A stretch of 36,872 nucleotides of DNA. It comes from a virus (lineage: Duplodnaviria; Caudoviricetes). This document shows positions 18,262-27,223 of this stretch, in pieces. Location of the stretch: the IMG/VR virus record IMGVR_UViG_3300016469_000499, positions 1 through 36,872 of that record. One strand, written 5' to 3'. The translations under genes were made by a program, and so were the position numbers. A model generated the notes under the pieces. It made no database searches and was not told the DNA's origin. It saw only the letters and a list, made by a program, of their open reading frames with translations. Position 1 is the stretch's first letter, and every line of letters starts with the position of its first letter.

Positions 18262-18969
18262 TTATTTTGCTAATCTATTTTCTCTTGTTGAAAAATCAGA
18301 TGTGTGATCAATTACATCCATTTTAGACTGCTCTTCAACACTTGTACCTGGCACTTTTGTTCCATTGATTAAAGAAAATCCACTTTGAAAATCATAAACT
18401 TTTTTATCTAAAGGACATTGTCCTTTATGATCTGATATTCTTTGTAACATGACTCCAGGATGATCTGGACAGTATCTTGTTTGTAAACCAAATTGCATTG
18501 GTCTATATTCTTTTAAATATTCAGAATTATTTAAAGCTTTTTCCATTTCAGGCTTTTTATTTAATTCATCTTGTTTTGTTTTAGAATCATTATACTTTTT
18601 TTTTAATAATTCTATTTTTTCATTATCAGCAGCTCTTTTTGCTCTTACAGCATCTTTTGATGAAGATATTGTAAGCAATAATTCATCTATCAATGATGCT
18701 TGCTTTATTAAATCCTCATCTCCAGAACTATCAAATGCACTTGCAATAGAAGCTAGCTTTTCTACATTTTCTGGAGTAATATTTGACTCTTCATCTTCTT
18801 CTAATGTATCTGTATGATCTGCTGCTAATCTTAATATTGTTGCAGCTTGTACACATGACTCTGCTACAACTTTTAAACAATCATCATTATGTTCTGCTAA
18901 TAAAATAGCTTCATTTTCTGAATTTTCTAGCCAAGATGCTATTGCATTTAATAGTTCCGATGTTTTCAT
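18262..18969 (-). CDS. Hypothetical protein with possible metal-binding C-terminal motif
   Basis: 235 aa; TRYCPDHPG...QCPLD. Confidence 0.75.
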   Translation of the reverse strand: MKTSELLNAIASWLENSENEAILLAEHNDDCLKVVAESCVQAATILRLAADHTDTLEEDEESNITPENVEKLASIASAFDSSGDEDLIKQASLIDELLLTISSSKDAVRAKRAADNEKIELLKKKYNDSKTKQDELNKKPEMEKALNNSEYLKEYRPMQFGLQTRYCPDHPGVMLQRISDHKGQCPLDKKVYDFQSGFSLINGTKVPGTSVEEQSKMDVIDHTSDFSTRENRLAK

Positions 18970-20309
18970 TTTATTAACCCTAATTCTTTTCTAATTTTTA
19001 ACTCAGCTATTGATTCTAAATTAGAATACATTTGATTCATTATTTTATCAAATACTTCTGAATAACAATTATTTACTAAATCTTTAAATTCTTTTGTTAA
19101 AGCTAATTTTCTTTCTCTAATTGGCTTCATTGCTTTTTGATAATCACTATCGCTAATAGCTTTTAATCTTTCATTTGATTTTTCTTTTTTAGCTATTACT
19201 GGAATTTCTTTTGAAACAGAATCAAAAAAGATTCTTATTTTTCTTGCAAAGTTATCTTTTACACTATCTTCTAGTTCTGTTCTTAATACCATCGCCTCTA
19301 ATGCTGGTAATTTTTCAGATATTGTTTTTAATGGAATTATTTTTTCAGAATCAATAAGTTGTTTTAGGTCTTTTAAGAAAATCTTATCTTGCTCAGAAAT
19401 GGATTCATTTCTAATATCTAAATCACTTTCTGTGTAAGTAAATTTTCCAGAGCTTTTAGATGCTTTTAATTTTTCTGGGAAATTAAATTCTAGCAAATCT
19501 CTATTTATTGATTGAGCCATAAGATTTACATTATTTAGTTTTTCAGGGGTTTTTATTCCACCATGAATGACTGTTATTATTAATTTAATTACCCTTCCAA
19601 AAAGATTTGGATCTTGGTCTAATAAATAAGATAATTGTTTGGATCCTTTATCAGTGCTGCCTTCTTGTAATCCAACATCACCTAATCCTATTTTTGGACC
19701 ATATTTTCTTATAAATCCAAGATATTCTACTAATGGATATTTGGCTATTCCAGCTTCAGATCTTTTACCCGGAGCTGTCATTTTTTTAAATTTATCGGTT
19801 TCTCGCTCATAGCTTTGTCCCATAGATTTTAATGTAGATTCAATTACATCTTCAATTAAACTACAAAACCATAAAACCATGTCATGAGCTATTGCATCTG
19901 CAAGGGCAAATGCCTTGAATAAATTATTTTCAGATTTATTTGCTATATTTAATATTTTAACAAATTGTTGTATAAGCTCTTCTTTTCTTGATTGTTCTTT
20001 AAATTCTAAACAATATTTTAAAAGAACAGTTAAATCATTATGTACTAAAGAAGAAATTTCTTCATCTGATTGAGCTTCTTGAGCAGAAGCAAATATTTCT
20101 TTTAAATCGTTTTCTATTTTTGAAATAGATTCTGGTAAAATACTAAATATTTTTCTTCTCATAAGATTTTTTAATTCTTTATGAGTTCCAGATCTTGCTA
20201 CACTTGTATTTGAAAACTCTTCTAACAAATTAGAAACTCTAGCTAAAAATACATTTTTAGTATTTCCGCCCAATTCATTTGCTAACTTAAATAATATTTT
20301 ACTAAACAT
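18966..20309 (-). CDS. Hypothetical helical protein
   Basis: 447 aa, starts MFSKILFKLA. Confidence 0.75.
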   Translation of the reverse strand: MFSKILFKLANELGGNTKNVFLARVSNLLEEFSNTSVARSGTHKELKNLMRRKIFSILPESISKIENDLKEIFASAQEAQSDEEISSLVHNDLTVLLKYCLEFKEQSRKEELIQQFVKILNIANKSENNLFKAFALADAIAHDMVLWFCSLIEDVIESTLKSMGQSYERETDKFKKMTAPGKRSEAGIAKYPLVEYLGFIRKYGPKIGLGDVGLQEGSTDKGSKQLSYLLDQDPNLFGRVIKLIITVIHGGIKTPEKLNNVNLMAQSINRDLLEFNFPEKLKASKSSGKFTYTESDLDIRNESISEQDKIFLKDLKQLIDSEKIIPLKTISEKLPALEAMVLRTELEDSVKDNFARKIRIFFDSVSKEIPVIAKKEKSNERLKAISDSDYQKAMKPIRERKLALTKEFKDLVNNCYSEVFDKIMNQMYSNLESIAELKIRKELGLIK

Positions 20310-20311
20310 TT

Positions 20312-21871
20312 TTATCCTAAAATTCTAGCTGTTGAAAAAAATCCTGTTTCAGCGACAATATCTTTACTATGAATTTGTCTACAATTTCCATTTTGATCTA
20401 CATAAATTTTATTCTCTGGTAATCCAGTGTGTGAACATACTTTATGTATACTATTTGGTGAAGTAATCAATTTTGCACATTTATGTATTGTAGAAGCTTG
20501 TTTTGTTAAACCATCTGTTAGTATTAATTTATAAGCGTTTTTATATAAATCAAGATCTTTTTCTTTAATTGCTTCTAATACAATCTCTAATTTAGATAGC
20601 TCTTTGTTTTCTAATAAATTCTTAGCAAAACTAATTAACTGCTCTCCGCTCATTAAAGACAAATTAGAGATATTTGCAAATGATTTTTTATCTAAAGACT
20701 CTTCATTTAAAGAAGATTCAAATGATGCATTAATTTTTCTTACATATCCATTTACAATAGCAAATTCTGGTGATAATGGATTAGATCCTGCCATTTTTAC
20801 ACCAACAGAATATGTTTTTCCTGATTTAGACTGAACATCAAAATTAATTGTATTGCTTGTACTACCTGCTACTTTTATTTTTAATGGAGGTGAATTTACT
20901 TGGTTTAATGTAGACTCCAATACTGACGCTGCTTTTTGTAATCCTTTTTCTCCAAAATTTTCTAATGCAATTCCTACTGGAGATGCAAATTTCTCCTCCA
21001 ATGAAGAAAACTCATTTGATTTTGGTATTTCTACAATTGTTTCTTTATTTTCTGCAATCTTATATGCTAATATAGGATTTGTTAAGTTTAAAGACTCTTT
21101 TGCTTTTGAAACCTTTAATGATGTAATAGCTAATTCAGTTTTTGACTCTTTTGGTTTAAAATAAGCATTTATTTGATCAAATACTTGCTTGCTTGCTGTT
21201 TTTAATCTTTGACCAGAGTTTGAAACTATGTATTTTGCTAAAGATTCTTTGTTTAAAGAATCAACAGCATTATTTCCAATAAACACGCTAGCTTCTAAAT
21301 TAGATGTCATTGGTACATAAACCTCTGTTAAGCCTTTTGGAGTTTCAAATGAAGCTACAGCTAGCAATATGTCTTTATTTGACTCTAATACTTTTACTGA
21401 TTTTGGGGCATAATCCAAAAAGTTTAAATCGGAGGCTATTTTTCTCTCTGCTTTTTTGACCAGATCTGCACTTACCCAGCCAGTATTTTCCTTAATTAAA
21501 CCACCCATTAATTTAACTAAACTCTCATCAGCAGCATATTTGTTAAAATCTAATGGTTTTATATTTTGAGCAGTCTTAATTTCTGGCTCTATTTCTTTTT
21601 CACCTAGTTCATTTTCAAATAATGATGCAAATGAGGTCTTAAATGTGTAATGTTTTGAATACAAATCTTTCAATTCTTTTCTTGTAATAAAACCTTTTTT
21701 ATTATTCTCTAAATTTGCAAATACAATCTTTAGAGAACCAATAGTCTTATCTTGTGGGTTCTCAGATGCATACTTTTTTAATTTAGATAGCATAAAGCTA
21801 GTTGATATTAGCTCTGAGTCTTTTAATTGTTTACCTAGTGATAGGATAGATTGTTCAATTTTTTTATTCAT
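20312..21871 (-). CDS. Hypothetical virion-block protein
   Basis: 519 aa; KYAS, KTAQ, KTAS, KQAS motifs and a Cys/His-containing C-terminal segment. Confidence 0.78.
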   Translation of the reverse strand: MNKKIEQSILSLGKQLKDSELISTSFMLSKLKKYASENPQDKTIGSLKIVFANLENNKKGFITRKELKDLYSKHYTFKTSFASLFENELGEKEIEPEIKTAQNIKPLDFNKYAADESLVKLMGGLIKENTGWVSADLVKKAERKIASDLNFLDYAPKSVKVLESNKDILLAVASFETPKGLTEVYVPMTSNLEASVFIGNNAVDSLNKESLAKYIVSNSGQRLKTASKQVFDQINAYFKPKESKTELAITSLKVSKAKESLNLTNPILAYKIAENKETIVEIPKSNEFSSLEEKFASPVGIALENFGEKGLQKAASVLESTLNQVNSPPLKIKVAGSTSNTINFDVQSKSGKTYSVGVKMAGSNPLSPEFAIVNGYVRKINASFESSLNEESLDKKSFANISNLSLMSGEQLISFAKNLLENKELSKLEIVLEAIKEKDLDLYKNAYKLILTDGLTKQASTIHKCAKLITSPNSIHKVCSHTGLPENKIYVDQNGNCRQIHSKDIVAETGFFSTARILG

Positions 21872-21885
21872 ATTTTTATTCCATA

Positions 21886-22326
21886 TTAAGCTAATTCTGG
21901 ATACTTGCTAACTAAATTATTTTTTGTCTTTACATCTGCATTTTTTAATAATGCATTTACTAAATTCTTATTTGAAGATAATTTTTCGGGCAATGAATTT
22001 GCATCTTCTAACTTTATCCCTAATTGCTTTTCGGATAATTTAGTAACATACTCGCCTTTATAATAAAAATTTACATTATTAGCTGCTTTGTTTATTTGAA
22101 CATCCCAATTGCTCTTTTTTTCAATATCTTGATCTTCACTATATAAAGCAACAATATAATTGCCATCATCTGCTTTATTTACTTCCCATAATCTAGCAGC
22201 TTTGTCATCTTCTAATTTATATAAGTCAAAAGCAACTTTAACTAGCTTATCTTTTACTTCATTATAATCTAGATATTTGCCTGAATACTTTTTTAATAAA
22301 TCATAGTTTACTGTAAACTTTTGCAT
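21886..22326 (-). CDS. Hypothetical protein
   Basis: 146 aa, GGAG RBS. Confidence 0.78.
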   Translation of the reverse strand: MQKFTVNYDLLKKYSGKYLDYNEVKDKLVKVAFDLYKLEDDKAARLWEVNKADDGNYIVALYSEDQDIEKKSNWDVQINKAANNVNFYYKGEYVTKLSEKQLGIKLEDANSLPEKLSSNKNLVNALLKNADVKTKNNLVSKYPELA

Positions 22327-22383
22327 TTTTCTCCATATAATCTATTATTTATTTTAAATTAATCATAAAACTTATATTATTAT

Positions 22384-23016
22384 TTAAAATGAAATTCCTG
22401 CAAACTCATCTAATGGAGTTTGCTTGGCTTCTAAATCATTAAATTCTTCAGGTATATCTGCTTTACCTAACTCTTCTTTTACTTTTGTAGATAACTGCTT
22501 ATATAACTTTTCTATTTTAGGTCTATTCATAGATAATCTTTTATATAAATTATCTATCCCTCTTTCTGAAGCACTAGTAACGGTATCATATCCAGCTAAA
22601 AACATCTTGGCGGCATCAAACGTCTTACTAGCAACACCTTTCATTTCATCTAAATAACCTTTACAAGCCATTCCTAACTCTTCTACTTTTTGAGAAGCAG
22701 TCATATATTGCTCTATTATATTTAATATTTTAGGATTATTTACATTGTCCATAGAATCAACTATTTCTAACAAAATATTACAGTTTTTTAAAAAAATAGA
22801 AAACTCTTCTTCATATTTTCCAAAACCATAAGCTTTTTTATACTCATTTAAATTTTTAATTACATAATCTAAATCTTGTTTTAAATTATCTCCATCTTGA
22901 GCCTTATCTACAAATTGAGTAATAAATGGTGTAACTAACATAAGTACACCAGCTATAGCTGCTGCATATCCATTACATATCTTGCAAAAATTATTTGCCT
23001 TTTTATTTAAACTCAT
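22384..23016 (-). CDS. Hypothetical protein with N-terminal hydrophobic segment
   Basis: 210 aa; GYAAAIAGVLMLVTPFI. Confidence 0.75.
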   Translation of the reverse strand: MSLNKKANNFCKICNGYAAAIAGVLMLVTPFITQFVDKAQDGDNLKQDLDYVIKNLNEYKKAYGFGKYEEEFSIFLKNCNILLEIVDSMDNVNNPKILNIIEQYMTASQKVEELGMACKGYLDEMKGVASKTFDAAKMFLAGYDTVTSASERGIDNLYKRLSMNRPKIEKLYKQLSTKVKEELGKADIPEEFNDLEAKQTPLDEFAGISF

Positions 23017-23843
23017 ACTTCTCTCATAGATTGAATTAATAACATGTATTTCTTTAAATCATTTACAGGCTCTCCTGAAATATTATTTGCATCTAAATCA
23101 TAAACAACAGATGTTATTGAGTTATCAACATATGTTATGACTTTTGCATACTTTGATGCAGTTTCTTTATTTGTTAAATCTACATTCATTGCAGATAATC
23201 TAGTCAATATTGAAGCTAGCTTTTTTAACTTTTGTTTTATTGTTTCATTACTTACTTGATCTGCAAATGTATTTAAATTTTTAGCAAGCTCTGCTGCATT
23301 AATTATTTTTGTATCATACAATGGCTGATCTATAAATTCTATTACATCTGGGTTTTTTGAAGTAGGTTTTTTTCCAGAAAATAAAAAAGACAATATTGCT
23401 AGCGCTCCTATTACTTTTAATGATCTACTTACTAATGGAGATTTAAACTTTTCTATTAATAATGATCTTTGAATGTGTGCTTTTAAGTTTTGTTGCAATA
23501 ATTCAATATTTTTACTTTTATCTAAAGCTTTTAATTCTTTTATTTTATTTGCCTTAAATGCTTCTAAAACTGATTGCTTTAATGCTAATGGGTCTTTTGG
23601 AGTGCCATCTTCTTTTAAAAAACTTCTAGGAATAATTGGCTTTCCAGATTCATCAAACGTAATTTTATCTTTACCAGAAAATCTTGTAGGCTTAGAAGTA
23701 ATATTTGTAGTATTAATTCTTCTATTTTTAGGTAATGTATTAATATTGGGTGGTTTAAATCTAGGAACAGGCTTAGCAGCAGGAGGCGCCGCTATTTTGT
23801 TTAATAAAAAAATATAATCACTATATTTACTCATAATAAGCAT
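23013..23843 (-). CDS. Hypothetical protein with one central hydrophobic segment
   Basis: 276 aa; VIGALAILSFLF; the start may be the second Met (23834). Confidence 0.75.
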   Translation of the reverse strand: MLIMSKYSDYIFLLNKIAAPPAAKPVPRFKPPNINTLPKNRRINTTNITSKPTRFSGKDKITFDESGKPIIPRSFLKEDGTPKDPLALKQSVLEAFKANKIKELKALDKSKNIELLQQNLKAHIQRSLLIEKFKSPLVSRSLKVIGALAILSFLFSGKKPTSKNPDVIEFIDQPLYDTKIINAAELAKNLNTFADQVSNETIKQKLKKLASILTRLSAMNVDLTNKETASKYAKVITYVDNSITSVVYDLDANNISGEPVNDLKKYMLLIQSMREV

Positions 23844-23863
23844 TCAATATTATTAATTTTTAT

Positions 23864-25153
23864 TTAAGTATTTTGCTCTATTTTCCAAGACCCATATAGT
23901 TTAACAAATTCATTATATAATAAATCTGAAATTCCATTTTTATTTAAAAAAATATTAAGATCATACAATACTTTTGATTCGTCAGCATCAAAAGCATCTA
24001 CTTTTCTTTTAATTTTTTTAAATAAAACCTCTCTATTTGTTTTATTAGATAATGCTTCTTCAAATAAATCGGCGTTGAAAAACTCTCTTGCCGATTCCCA
24101 TGATACGTCAAATAAATTAAATTTTTCTGGCTTATTTAGTTTAGGTTCTTCATATGAGTTATATACATATTCATAATCTTGTTCAGTAAAAACAAGCTCA
24201 TAATCATTTATATTATCAGTTTTTAATAAAACTTTTACCCCTTTTTCTTCTATAGCTTTTTTAAATAAATTAGATACTTGAGATAATTCTATAGGATAAA
24301 TTGTGCTTAATAAACAAGCATAAGACCCATCTTGTTTTGACTTTAATAGCTTAACTATAGATCTATATATAATTTCTTCTCCAGTTCCTTTAAAATCTTT
24401 TTTATTTGTAATATATATAATTCCTGTTCCAGAATGTGTCACACTTCCAACTAAAGATTGATTTGCAACACCAGAAAATATGTTTTGACAATTTGTCCAA
24501 TTAGAACTACTAGACATTCTTAGTATATCTTCGGCTTTTGTAGAAAAAACAATAAAAATACCGTTATTTCCGTTTTTATTAGAAAATAAAGAAAATCCAT
24601 CTATAGTCTCAATCCTTCTTGTATTGTTAAATAATTTATGTATATAGTTATTATTTTTTGTAGCATTAGCTCCAGATAAAATTAAACTAGAATACTCATT
24701 TGAAAAATCAATTCCAGATTGAATTATTTTAAAAATTTTATATTGATTTTTATCTATTGTAACATATTTGTTTTCTAAAGCATCTTTAATAGTGTCAATG
24801 TCATTTATAAAATTAAATAAATTAAGAATTTTTGTTCTTTTTTTTATAAATAAATTTGCCTTATCTGAACCAACTCCTAAAATATTTAAAACTTGATTAT
24901 TAGTCAAAAGCTTGATAAAAATAATTAATCGCTCAATAAATGTTTTAATATTTCTTGCAAAAATTTCATTTACTCCATCATTAATACTTTTTAAATCTTC
25001 ATCATCTTTTATTTTTTTAACAAAGTCATTAAAAGGAAATTCCTTGACCATATTATTTGGAGCCTTTTTTATTTGAGGATTTTTCTTTATCCACTCAGGC
25101 ATCCATTCAGGCAAATCCATTGCTATTTTATAAAAATATTTTAACAAGCTCAT
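23864..25153 (-). CDS. Hypothetical protein, paralog A of a divergent pair
   Basis: Start moved to ATG 25153 (MSLLKYFYKIA) to remove the head-to-head overlap. Motif IVFST..DILRMSS.S.W..CQ. Confidence 0.8.
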   Translation of the reverse strand: MSLLKYFYKIAMDLPEWMPEWIKKNPQIKKAPNNMVKEFPFNDFVKKIKDDEDLKSINDGVNEIFARNIKTFIERLIIFIKLLTNNQVLNILGVGSDKANLFIKKRTKILNLFNFINDIDTIKDALENKYVTIDKNQYKIFKIIQSGIDFSNEYSSLILSGANATKNNNYIHKLFNNTRRIETIDGFSLFSNKNGNNGIFIVFSTKAEDILRMSSSSNWTNCQNIFSGVANQSLVGSVTHSGTGIIYITNKKDFKGTGEEIIYRSIVKLLKSKQDGSYACLLSTIYPIELSQVSNLFKKAIEEKGVKVLLKTDNINDYELVFTEQDYEYVYNSYEEPKLNKPEKFNLFDVSWESAREFFNADLFEEALSNKTNREVLFKKIKRKVDAFDADESKVLYDLNIFLNKNGISDLLYNEFVKLYGSWKIEQNT

Positions 25154-25178
25154 ATTACTAATATTCAATAATAACAAG

Positions 25179-26324
25179 ATGTTTAATTTAAACAAAATAG
25201 CTTATGAATTAAATAAATATGCTAAGGTTCCAAATTGGTTTCCAGAAGATATTAAAAATCATCCCGATATATTACAAACACCTGATGAAGTAGAAAAAGA
25301 TTTATTAGACTTAAAACCTTTTAGAAAAAAAATATTTCTTGAGCCTAAAATAGAAAATCAAAATATTGAAACATTTGCTTTGGCTATAAAAGCTCAGTTA
25401 TTAAAAATATATGAAAACGAAATAGTAAAAATTTTATTAGATAAAGATTTGAGCAAATTACTAATAAATAATTCTTTTGATGAAAATATAAAAACAAAAG
25501 ATGGTCAATTAAATAAAAATCAAAAAATTACAAATATATATTCAAATTTACAAAAAAAATATAATAATTTAAAACCACTAGAACAATTAAATGGATTTAA
25601 AGAATATTCAAAAGAAATTAGAAAGCCAATGGAGGCTACAATTGTTTTTTCAACAGATCCTAATGATATCTTATTAATGAGTTCAAGATCTACTTGGCAA
25701 TCTTGTCAAGATATATTTGGATCTTCTATTATAAGAGGTTCTTCAATAGGTACTGCTCTTATGAAAAATGTAGGTATTATCTACTTAACAAATGAAAAAG
25801 ATTTTAAAAACCGAGGCGAAGAAATGCTTTTTAGATCTTTAGTAAGAATTGTTAAAGGCAGAAAAAGCTCTTCTAGAATAAATTTTATTTTATTAGACTC
25901 AATGTATCCAAATAAAAATTTAAAAATAGAAAATGAATTTATAAAAGCATTATCAGAAAATACAAAATATGATGTTGTTAACTATGACTCTTTAGAAGAC
26001 TATTCTGAATTATATATAGATGCAGATAATTATCAATCTAAATTAGAAAGTTCTTATTATGATAGTTCAAAAATTCAATTAGCAGATATTGATAAAGAAA
26101 ATGAACTTGAGGTTTTAGAAAATTTTGTTTCTAAAAATTATTATGAAATAATAAATAACGAAAATTATGCAAAATGGGTATTATTTAAGATTTTAACATT
26201 AAATATTTTAGAGTCTTACAATTTTAATAGTTTGATTAATAAAATACATGAAAAATTTAAACATAATACAGAAATAACCGAAGCTGTTTTGAAATACAAA
26301 AAAAATATATTAGAATACAAATAA
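25179..26324 (+). CDS. Hypothetical protein, paralog B of a divergent pair
   Basis: 381 aa; IVFSTDPNDILLMSSRSTWQSCQ and GIIYLTNEKDFK.RGEE shared with paralog A. Confidence 0.82.
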   Translation: MFNLNKIAYELNKYAKVPNWFPEDIKNHPDILQTPDEVEKDLLDLKPFRKKIFLEPKIENQNIETFALAIKAQLLKIYENEIVKILLDKDLSKLLINNSFDENIKTKDGQLNKNQKITNIYSNLQKKYNNLKPLEQLNGFKEYSKEIRKPMEATIVFSTDPNDILLMSSRSTWQSCQDIFGSSIIRGSSIGTALMKNVGIIYLTNEKDFKNRGEEMLFRSLVRIVKGRKSSSRINFILLDSMYPNKNLKIENEFIKALSENTKYDVVNYDSLEDYSELYIDADNYQSKLESSYYDSSKIQLADIDKENELEVLENFVSKNYYEIINNENYAKWVLFKILTLNILESYNFNSLINKIHEKFKHNTEITEAVLKYKKNILEYK

Positions 26325-26340
26325 TAAATTAATTTAAGTT

Positions 26341-26793
26341 TTATTCGTATTTTTCTTCTCTTAGCTCATTTATTTTTGTTAAGATCTCTTGTACTTTTTC
26401 ATTTGTTTCTAAGCTTTTAATTATTTTTCTAGAAGCTCCTCCATATACTTTTCTACCATTTTTATAATCAACATTGCCATGCAAAGATTTTGTAATGCTA
26501 GATTGATTTACTCCTAGAATTTTTGCAATCTCCATTTGAGTTTTATTTTCACATACTAACTTAATTACTTGCTTTTGTCTATCCGTTAAACAAGCATCTA
26601 CTACTTTCCAAAATTCTTTTCTTAACTCTTCTTGCAAATCTATAATTTGTTCGTGATGCTTAAATGGATCTATCCTAAAACCAATTGATTCTTGATTTGA
26701 AAAAGCTTCCATCATATCGTTTGAACAAACTGTTTCTAAGAGTAGGTACTGGTAACGTGACGACCTATTGACTCTGTTATTCTCTTTTTTCAT
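26341..26793 (-). CDS. Sigma70 region-4-like HTH protein
   Basis: LTDRQKQVIKL...KTQMEIAKILGVNQSSITKSL; no recognisable region 2. Confidence 0.8.
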   Translation of the reverse strand: MKKENNRVNRSSRYQYLLLETVCSNDMMEAFSNQESIGFRIDPFKHHEQIIDLQEELRKEFWKVVDACLTDRQKQVIKLVCENKTQMEIAKILGVNQSSITKSLHGNVDYKNGRKVYGGASRKIIKSLETNEKVQEILTKINELREEKYE

Positions 26794-26860
26794 CCATGCC
26801 TTTTTAAAATATATTCAATTTCTTAATATATCAAAATTATATAAACTATATTACTTATAT

Positions 26861-27066
26861 TATTCTAGTCTCTAGAGCAAAACCAATATTTTATGCTTAA
26901 AAACACTATATTTAGTGATTTTGCTCTAGAGTCTAGAATAAAGTATTTTTTTAATTTTGTTAAAATATTAAATTTACTATTTTTATTATTCTAGACTCTA
27001 GAGCAAAACTAATATTTTATGCTTAAAAACACTATATTTAGTGATTTTGCTCTAGAGTCTAGAATA
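26861..27066. repeat. Two 80-bp direct repeats (26861-26940, 26987-27066), each with 22-bp inverted arms
   Basis: TATTCTAG(T/A)CTCTAGAGCAAAA-36 bp-TTTTGCTCTAGAGTCTAGAATA; the copies differ at 2 positions, period 126 bp. Confidence 0.97.
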
Positions 27067-27095
27067 AAATATTTTTATTGTAAAGCGAGCGCTTC

Positions 27096-27163
27096 TAGGT
27101 GCTAGCATAAAACTATGTTTTATTCTAGACTCTAGAGTAAAACATAGTTTTTAGCTACACCTA
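27096..27163. repeat. 68-bp imperfect palindrome centred on a fifth TCTAGA-C-TCTAGA
   Basis: TAGGTGCTAGCATAAAACTATGTTTTATTCTAGA-C-TCTAGAGTAAAACATAGTTTTTAGCTACACCTA. Confidence 0.93.
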
Positions 27164-27189
27164 TCCGTAAATTTTGTATATTTAAAAAT

Positions 27190-27211
27190 AAAAAAAGCAG
27201 CAAAAGCTGCT
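27190..27211 (-). terminator. Probable intrinsic terminator of the minus-strand replication transcripts
   Basis: Minus strand reads AGCAGC-TTTT-GCTGCT followed by a T run. Confidence 0.65.
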
Positions 27212-27216
27212 ATAAT
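27208..27216 (+). promoter_or_regulatory. Extended -10 promoter for a leaderless GIY-YIG mRNA
   Basis: TG-C-TATAAT ends 7 nt before ATG 27224; no SD present. Confidence 0.6.
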
Positions 27217-27223
27217 TTTTGTT

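Noticed and set aside
3594-25178. Late promoter consensus like AATAAT-N5/6-TAT in several short gaps
   Set aside because: Suggestive, but cannot be separated from the AT-rich background by eye; it needs motif statistics.
25154-25195. Track start at 25195
   Set aside because: It creates a head-to-head overlap; ATG 25153 aligns with the paralog N-terminus.
26861-27066. MITE or IS ends
   Set aside because: No transposase or clear target-site duplication, and the same core recurs in a differently built palindrome.
26861-27163. CRISPR mini-array
   Set aside because: Repeat flanks alternate orientation, two would-be spacers are near-identical, spacing is uneven, and no cas gene is in the window.
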